Of a stretch of 64,000 bases of DNA, positions 59,517 to 64,000 are shown one piece after another. Every line of letters begins with the position of its first letter. Positions within the stretch are counted from its first letter, which is position 1. The notes beneath the pieces were generated by a model. That model made no database searches, was not told the DNA's origin, and saw only the letters and a list, made by a program, of their open reading frames with translations. The position numbers and the translations under genes were made by a program. The stretch comes from Escherichia phage LH2. Where the stretch lies: sequence record OQ378934.1; one strand, given 5' to 3'.

Positions 59517-59518
59517 GG

Positions 59519-59526
59519 TATAAATA
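59519..59526 (+). promoter_or_regulatory. late promoter TATAAATA
   Basis: Exact consensus 40 nt upstream of the ORF at 59566. Confidence 0.5.
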
Positions 59527-59565
59527 TAGTAGTATATTAAATCACGAATTAAAACAGGAAATAAG

Positions 59566-60024
59566 ATGAAATCATATGCTCAATTTTTAAATGAAGCATC
59601 CGCTTCAGATGTTCGCGCTGTAGCAACTGCTGCTATTAAAGCTGGTAAATATTCTTATAAAGATGCTTCTGACGAATCTCGGTACAAGTTCTACGACGAT
59701 ATGAGAGCTGAAGGCTTTGTGGGTAACTATGTTACCACCGCCTGGAAAAGCCTGGTTGCTACTGGTGCGGCTTTCGAAAAACCTTCCGGTAAACCTGCTC
59801 CTAAGGCTGACCCTAAAGCAGCACAAGAGAAAAATATTGCTAAAGGAATTATCTCTAGGTATGAAGCAATTCTTAAAGAACTTTTGGTAATTAAGACCGA
59901 AGGCCAGAAACTTGCGCGAGCTCATAGTTTCAAAGATAACCCACATGCTCATGACCTAGAGTATGTTGAAGATCTCCAAAAAATCATCAAAGACCGCATT
60001 TGGTCTGCTAAACAAATCAAATAA
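59566..60024 (+). CDS. internal-protein-like protein with capsid-targeting-sequence-like N-terminus, 152 aa
   Basis: N-terminus MKSYAQFLNEASA resembles the T4 internal-protein targeting sequence; driven by a late promoter; flanked by duplicated terminators. Confidence 0.55.
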   Translation: MKSYAQFLNEASASDVRAVATAAIKAGKYSYKDASDESRYKFYDDMRAEGFVGNYVTTAWKSLVATGAAFEKPSGKPAPKADPKAAQEKNIAKGIISRYEAILKELLVIKTEGQKLARAHSFKDNPHAHDLEYVEDLQKIIKDRIWSAKQIK

Positions 60025-60031
60025 CATTCTT

Positions 60032-60059
60032 AGCCCCAGCCGAAAGGTTGGGGCTTTTT
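60032..60059 (+). terminator. rho-independent terminator, copy 2 of a duplicated terminator
   Basis: Hairpin AGCCCCAGCCGAAAGGTTGGGGCT plus TTTTT; one mismatch versus copy 1. Confidence 0.7.
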
Positions 60060-60193
60060 GGTATCTAGGCCTTTCTGGATCTCTCTAGGCATCATTTAGT
60101 TTCTACCTTTTATAATATATTATCCTATCCTTTAATTGCCCCTCCCTGCCCTAGAATTCCCTAAAACTTTTTAAAAAATTTTTTCACAAAACT

Positions 60194-60223
60194 GTTTACA
60201 TCCCTGTTCTTCCATGGTACTAT
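60194..60223 (+). promoter_or_regulatory. early promoter (GTTTACA, 17 nt, TACTAT)
   Basis: T4 early promoter consensus upstream of the ORF at 60268. Confidence 0.45.
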
Positions 60224-60267
60224 ACAACTATCAACTACTGATACAGAAAAACAACTTGGAGAATGAA

Positions 60268-60531
60268 ATGGATAATTACGGCGAACTGTTCAACTTCTTT
60301 ATGAAATGCGTTTCAGAAGATTTCGGTCGTACAGTGAATGATATTAAAGTTATCGGTCCTGATCATCCGATGTTTGAAACTTACGCAGTAATGGGTAATG
60401 AAGATGGTCAGTGGTATACTGTAAAGGTTGTGATTAACATGTTCACTGCTGAAGGTTATGTTAAACTGTCTTCTAAAGTTTACCATGATAACGACGAAAT
60501 CGCAGAAGAATATTTTAATAATATGAAATAA
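60268..60531 (+). CDS. hypothetical protein, 87 aa
   Basis: ATG with GGAGAA Shine-Dalgarno; the ORF-track start at 60214 lies inside the promoter. Confidence 0.5.
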   Translation: MDNYGELFNFFMKCVSEDFGRTVNDIKVIGPDHPMFETYAVMGNEDGQWYTVKVVINMFTAEGYVKLSSKVYHDNDEIAEEYFNNMK

Positions 60532-60567
60532 GTTTACATAGGCTCATGATTGAGATATTATGAGCCT
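60532..60567 (+). promoter_or_regulatory. early promoter (GTTTACA, 17 nt, TATTAT) with embedded stem-loop
   Basis: Stem AGGCTCAT/ATGAGCCT overlaps the -10. Confidence 0.5.
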
Positions 60568-60586
60568 ATAATTTGAGGAAACTGTT

Positions 60587-61105
60587 ATGCCTCTTTATAC
60601 CGAACTGAATGAAACTTCCGAAAAATCTTTTGATGGTATCTTATCAATAATGCAAAAGCAGGTATTAGAACAGCTTAGTGAAGCCGCAAGCAACGGACAT
60701 AAGGCTTGTCGAATCCCAAGCCCACATCGTCGCCTGTATGAACGCCCTCTTATTAATTGGCTAGAAAGCGAAGGTCTTACAGTTAAGATTTGTCCTGCCA
60801 AATTTGATGTCCCACGTATTCTTAATATTTACTGGGATAAACCGATTGAGAAAAGTGAACCTTGGGTTGTCAATGTAAAAACATATGATAATGGATGCTC
60901 ACTTGAGGTGTCTGCTGTAATTAAAGGCACTCACGGTGAAAAATCGTGGGGTTGGCCTGGTAAAGATAAAGAAATCGTGTTAAGTGTAAAAGCTACTAGT
61001 ATTAGTACTCCTATAGCTAAAAGCATTATCGCCGCCGCTGTTGAAGAAGCTGAACGAATTTGTAAAATTAAAAATAGTTTACATCTCTTAAATAGCATGA
61101 TATAA
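60587..61105 (+). CDS. hypothetical protein, 172 aa
   Basis: ATG ORF downstream of the early promoter module. Confidence 0.5.
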   Translation: MPLYTELNETSEKSFDGILSIMQKQVLEQLSEAASNGHKACRIPSPHRRLYERPLINWLESEGLTVKICPAKFDVPRILNIYWDKPIEKSEPWVVNVKTYDNGCSLEVSAVIKGTHGEKSWGWPGKDKEIVLSVKATSISTPIAKSIIAAAVEEAERICKIKNSLHLLNSMI

Positions 61106-61148
61106 TTCTTCCACAGATTTTAATTTTTAATCAACCTAAGGAAATACT

Positions 61149-61742
61149 ATGAACACACTGAAGAAAATTGTTGAGTTTATTCGCACTAAACTTGGTTCTG
61201 CTATGGCTAAAAATCTATCTGCTGAAGAACAGTATACTGCTGCAGCAGCAAAACTTCTTGATAAAATTAAAGACCTAAAAACTGCTTCTGTTAAATCTAT
61301 TAATGAAGAAAAACGTATTCGTGAACTTGTTATCGAAAAGAATCGACAAGCCGAATCAAAAGAGCGTGAAATTCGCAAACTTCTTTCCGAAGGTCAAGAT
61401 GTAACAATGCATGCTAAGCTCGGTTTACTATATCGTCGAACAGCTGAGCAGTTGACTACTAAAGCTGATGGTTATGCTGAAATGCGAATTGAAATCGCCA
61501 AGAAAGTAGTTGAGTTAGATGATGCTCGTCAAGAACTTGCAGTTAAATTGGAATATATCCGTGAAACTCGTGCGGCAAATGCCCTTGGAATTAGTACTGC
61601 TGATGATGTAGTTGAAATCGCAGCGCTAACTAAGGTTGATATTGAAGATACTCTTGCTCGAGTTGAAACCTTTAACGGTAATATTTCCGGGGTTGAAACT
61701 ACCTCTGCCGATGTTCAGGAATACATTAATTCTCTGAAATAA
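61149..61742 (+). CDS. coiled-coil protein, 197 aa, possibly PspA/IM30-like
   Basis: Almost entirely alpha-helical heptad-type composition; PspA-like call is a weak impression from pattern only. Confidence 0.45.
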   Translation: MNTLKKIVEFIRTKLGSAMAKNLSAEEQYTAAAAKLLDKIKDLKTASVKSINEEKRIRELVIEKNRQAESKEREIRKLLSEGQDVTMHAKLGLLYRRTAEQLTTKADGYAEMRIEIAKKVVELDDARQELAVKLEYIRETRAANALGISTADDVVEIAALTKVDIEDTLARVETFNGNISGVETTSADVQEYINSLK

Positions 61743-61746
61743 TGAT

Positions 61747-61764
61747 AAGGGGCTTCGGCCCCTT
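61747..61764 (+). terminator. hairpin, probable terminator
   Basis: AAGGGGCTTCGGCCCCTT; weak T-run. Confidence 0.4.
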
Positions 61765-61783
61765 ATACTTGGAGTAAATAGGA

Positions 61784-62398
61784 ATGAAAATGAAAATGCA
61801 AAGTGATTTCAATTCAATGTTTGAAGAGTTCCAAAGACAGGTTGATGTTCCAGACCAATTACTAAATGCTCTTAAACGTATGGCAGAAGGACGTAATTAC
61901 TATTGGGGGTCTTCATATGAAACTGATGAAAGTCTTTCTGGAAGATTTTCTAGAGGTAAAAAGTCTTTAATACGTCCTGGAATACTCATTAACAGTATTG
62001 AATCAATTCATTCATTGACGTGTGATTTTGATGTTGAATTTACTGATTTCATTTCTCCTGAATGGACAGTTTGTTATTTAAATGACGATTATGATTATCT
62101 TGGCGTTTATAGTTTAAGTGACGCATGGTTTAAACGTAATTTACAAAAGTCAAATTTGTTCTATATTGATACTACGGTAAAATTTCAGGGAAAGAAATAT
62201 TTCTTTACTCTTATAGTTGATTCTGAAACAAAGCATGAAAATAAACGTATTCTTAGTAAAAAGAATATCTTAACTATTGTTGATGATCTTTTTGATAAAT
62301 TCGTGGAAAATCCTAATTTTGAAAGCGATTTATTATTAGAAAAATTTGTTAAGGAATGTAGAGAATATGTCAAAGCCATCATTATACCTTCCAAGTAA
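61784..62398 (+). CDS. hypothetical protein, 204 aa
   Basis: ATG ORF with GGAG Shine-Dalgarno. Confidence 0.5.
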   Translation: MKMKMQSDFNSMFEEFQRQVDVPDQLLNALKRMAEGRNYYWGSSYETDESLSGRFSRGKKSLIRPGILINSIESIHSLTCDFDVEFTDFISPEWTVCYLNDDYDYLGVYSLSDAWFKRNLQKSNLFYIDTTVKFQGKKYFFTLIVDSETKHENKRILSKKNILTIVDDLFDKFVENPNFESDLLLEKFVKECREYVKAIIIPSK

Positions 62399-62759
62399 AC
62401 CTGTGAAGTATGAACTAAAGCGTCAGCTAATTCCTACTGATGTATTAATAGGTCCTGTGACAGCTATATCATTTGTAATTCTATTGATTGTTGGAATGGT
62501 TATAGACTTTATGACTGATATTGAATCTGGCGTAATATTTTTGTTAGTATTAATTCTTCCATTAGTAGTTCCATTTTTATTGGTACCTGTAAATTGGGTA
62601 GGATATTGGTATCAAGGAAGGCATTATCGTAAACGTGTACGTGAATGGAAAGCTCAGTGTAAAAAGATTAAAAAGGAACACCAGCTTAAACTAAATATGT
62701 ATGAATTTAATGAAATTATGAAATTTGTTAAGGAATCACGATGCAAAAGCCAAAACTAA
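62367..62759 (+). CDS. small membrane protein, 130 aa from ATG
   Basis: ORF-track start at 62346 is TTG; two strongly hydrophobic segments then a basic tail. Confidence 0.45.
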   Translation: MSKPSLYLPSKPVKYELKRQLIPTDVLIGPVTAISFVILLIVGMVIDFMTDIESGVIFLLVLILPLVVPFLLVPVNWVGYWYQGRHYRKRVREWKAQCKKIKKEHQLKLNMYEFNEIMKFVKESRCKSQN

Positions 62760-63034
62760 ATAAAGTCAAATATTCGTTTCCTGAGGCACTATTAATTCTT
62801 GCCGTGTCAGTATTTGCAGCTCCTGCTGGTAGTCTTATTGGATTAATGATTGACTGTTTTATTTTAAACATCGATAGTTCAGCAATTATAACAGAGGTTT
62901 GGAGTGAACTTCGTTTTACTATAGCGATTTCATTATTTTCATTCTTTGGCACCATGCTATATTTTCATTATGATAATTTTAAAATAAATTGGCAAAGAAA
63001 AAAAGGATTACAAAATACAATTAAAAGAATATAA
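62741..63034 (+). CDS. small membrane protein, 97 aa
   Basis: Two hydrophobic segments; overlaps the previous ORF. Confidence 0.45.
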   Translation: MQKPKLNKVKYSFPEALLILAVSVFAAPAGSLIGLMIDCFILNIDSSAIITEVWSELRFTIAISLFSFFGTMLYFHYDNFKINWQRKKGLQNTIKRI

Positions 63035-63100
63035 TAACTACATGTCTTATATTGAAAATGAATCAATGAAAGAGTTTGTGAGTGATTGTAGGAAAATTAA

Positions 63101-63589
63101 ATGATTTTAAAAACTCGCTGGTATGATTTAGATGATGGGGATGATGGCATTCCAGTTGATAGAGTTGACTGGAATGGTTGTTCCGAAGATACAAAGAAAC
63201 GATTAATTAGGGAGTTTAGAATGGGATATCAAGCAGCTAAGCCATTTACTGTAACAGATGATAAATTCGTGTGTATTCAAAATGGTCGCGCTAAGTTAAC
63301 AAATGCTGATTGGTTCACAGATAAGAAGGTTCTTCTGTGGTATATCATTAGTCTTCCTATATCATCATTCGTATTTTACTTTTTTATAAAAAATCCAATG
63401 GACAGAATAGGCGATTGGATTCTTTTAACTATACTTGTTAATATTTTTACAGCAGCAGTATTATCAGGAATATGGCGTATGTTCATTGAAATGCCGTGGC
63501 GTTTACGCAGACAACAAAAGATTTTTGATGAAAAGAAATATACTCAAAATTTAAATAACTTTATCACTGAATGCAGGAAATTAAAATGA
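63101..63589 (+). CDS. membrane protein, 162 aa
   Basis: Soluble N-terminal domain followed by two hydrophobic segments. Confidence 0.5.
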   Translation: MILKTRWYDLDDGDDGIPVDRVDWNGCSEDTKKRLIREFRMGYQAAKPFTVTDDKFVCIQNGRAKLTNADWFTDKKVLLWYIISLPISSFVFYFFIKNPMDRIGDWILLTILVNIFTAAVLSGIWRMFIEMPWRLRRQQKIFDEKKYTQNLNNFITECRKLK

Positions 63590-64000
63590 AAACACTATCA
63601 GCTGGTATTATCTTTATGACAGAAGATAAAGATTTATTTATGGGTCGGGTTACTGGTTCTCGTAAGCCTGGAATGATGGCACATCGCTGGGATATTCCAA
63701 AAGGCCGTGTAGAAAATTCTGATTTAAACGCACTAGATGCAGCACGAAGAGAATGTTTAGAAGAGACTGGTTTTAGCAATTATAATCCAGACCTTCTAGA
63801 AGACCTAGGTGTATTTAAATATTCTAGTAATAAAGACCTTCAGTTATTTTATTATACGATTCCAGTAGAGCATGAGATGTTTAGAAATTGCCATTGCGAG
63901 TCTTATTTTGAAAATAAAGATGGTGTTATGATTCCAGAGATGGATGCTTTTGCTCTTATTCCTCGTACTCAGTGGCAATATGTGATGGGTCCTTCACTTT
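63586..64000 (+). CDS. nudE: Nudix hydrolase (NudE-like), 3' end truncated by the window
   Basis: Nudix box GRVENSDLNALDAARRECLEETG; ATGA overlap with the previous ORF. Confidence 0.8.
   Translation, partial: MKTLSAGIIFMTEDKDLFMGRVTGSRKPGMMAHRWDIPKGRVENSDLNALDAARRECLEETGFSNYNPDLLEDLGVFKYSSNKDLQLFYYTIPVEHEMFRNCHCESYFENKDGVMIPEMDAFALIPRTQWQYVMGPSL

Noticed and set aside
61149-61742. Confident PspA/IM30 assignment for the 197-aa coiled-coil protein
   Set aside because: The resemblance is only general helical composition and a short DDTLAR-like stretch; kept as a hedged possibility.

Overview
This window reads as a near-complete morphogenesis block of a T4-like (Tequatrovirus) myovirus, in T4 gene order and with T4 protein lengths; gene names below are assigned from recalled T4 sequences, motifs and synteny, not from any database search. 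From left to right: gp31 co-chaperonin, rIII, a short accessory stretch (NADAR-like and HAD-like ORFs), DNA ligase gp30, Alt ADP-ribosyltransferase, then the baseplate hub genes 54-48-29-28-27-51 (minus) and 26-25 (plus), uvsY, uvsW/uvsW.1, inh, hoc, RNA ligase 2, the head genes 24-23-22-21-68-67-20, tail tube/sheath 19-18, terminase 17-16, neck 15-14-13, fibritin, short tail fibre gp12, baseplate wedge 11-10-9-8-7-6, gp5.4, gp5, gp53, then 4-2-3-1-57A-57B, an internal-protein locus, an eight-tRNA cluster split by a segB-like gene, and a string of small accessory ORFs ending in a partial Nudix gene. Four GIY-YIG homing endonuclease genes are present. Promoter and terminator calls rest on T4 consensus motifs read directly (late TATAAATA, MotA-box middle promoters, GTTTAC early promoters, hairpin plus T-run terminators). 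I did not find a clear multi-gene defence or anti-defence system. The parts worth a second look are the accessory islands: a 350-bp GC-rich ORF-free block after rIII, the NADAR-like/HAD-like pair, a frameshifted duplicate of the alt 5' end, two ORFs with capsid-targeting-like N-termini (one flanked by duplicated terminators), repeated early-promoter/stem-loop cassettes, and tandem homing endonucleases between gp5 and gp5.4. Several ORF-track starts are TTG/GTG 5' extensions and were trimmed to the first in-frame ATG where T4 lengths supported it.
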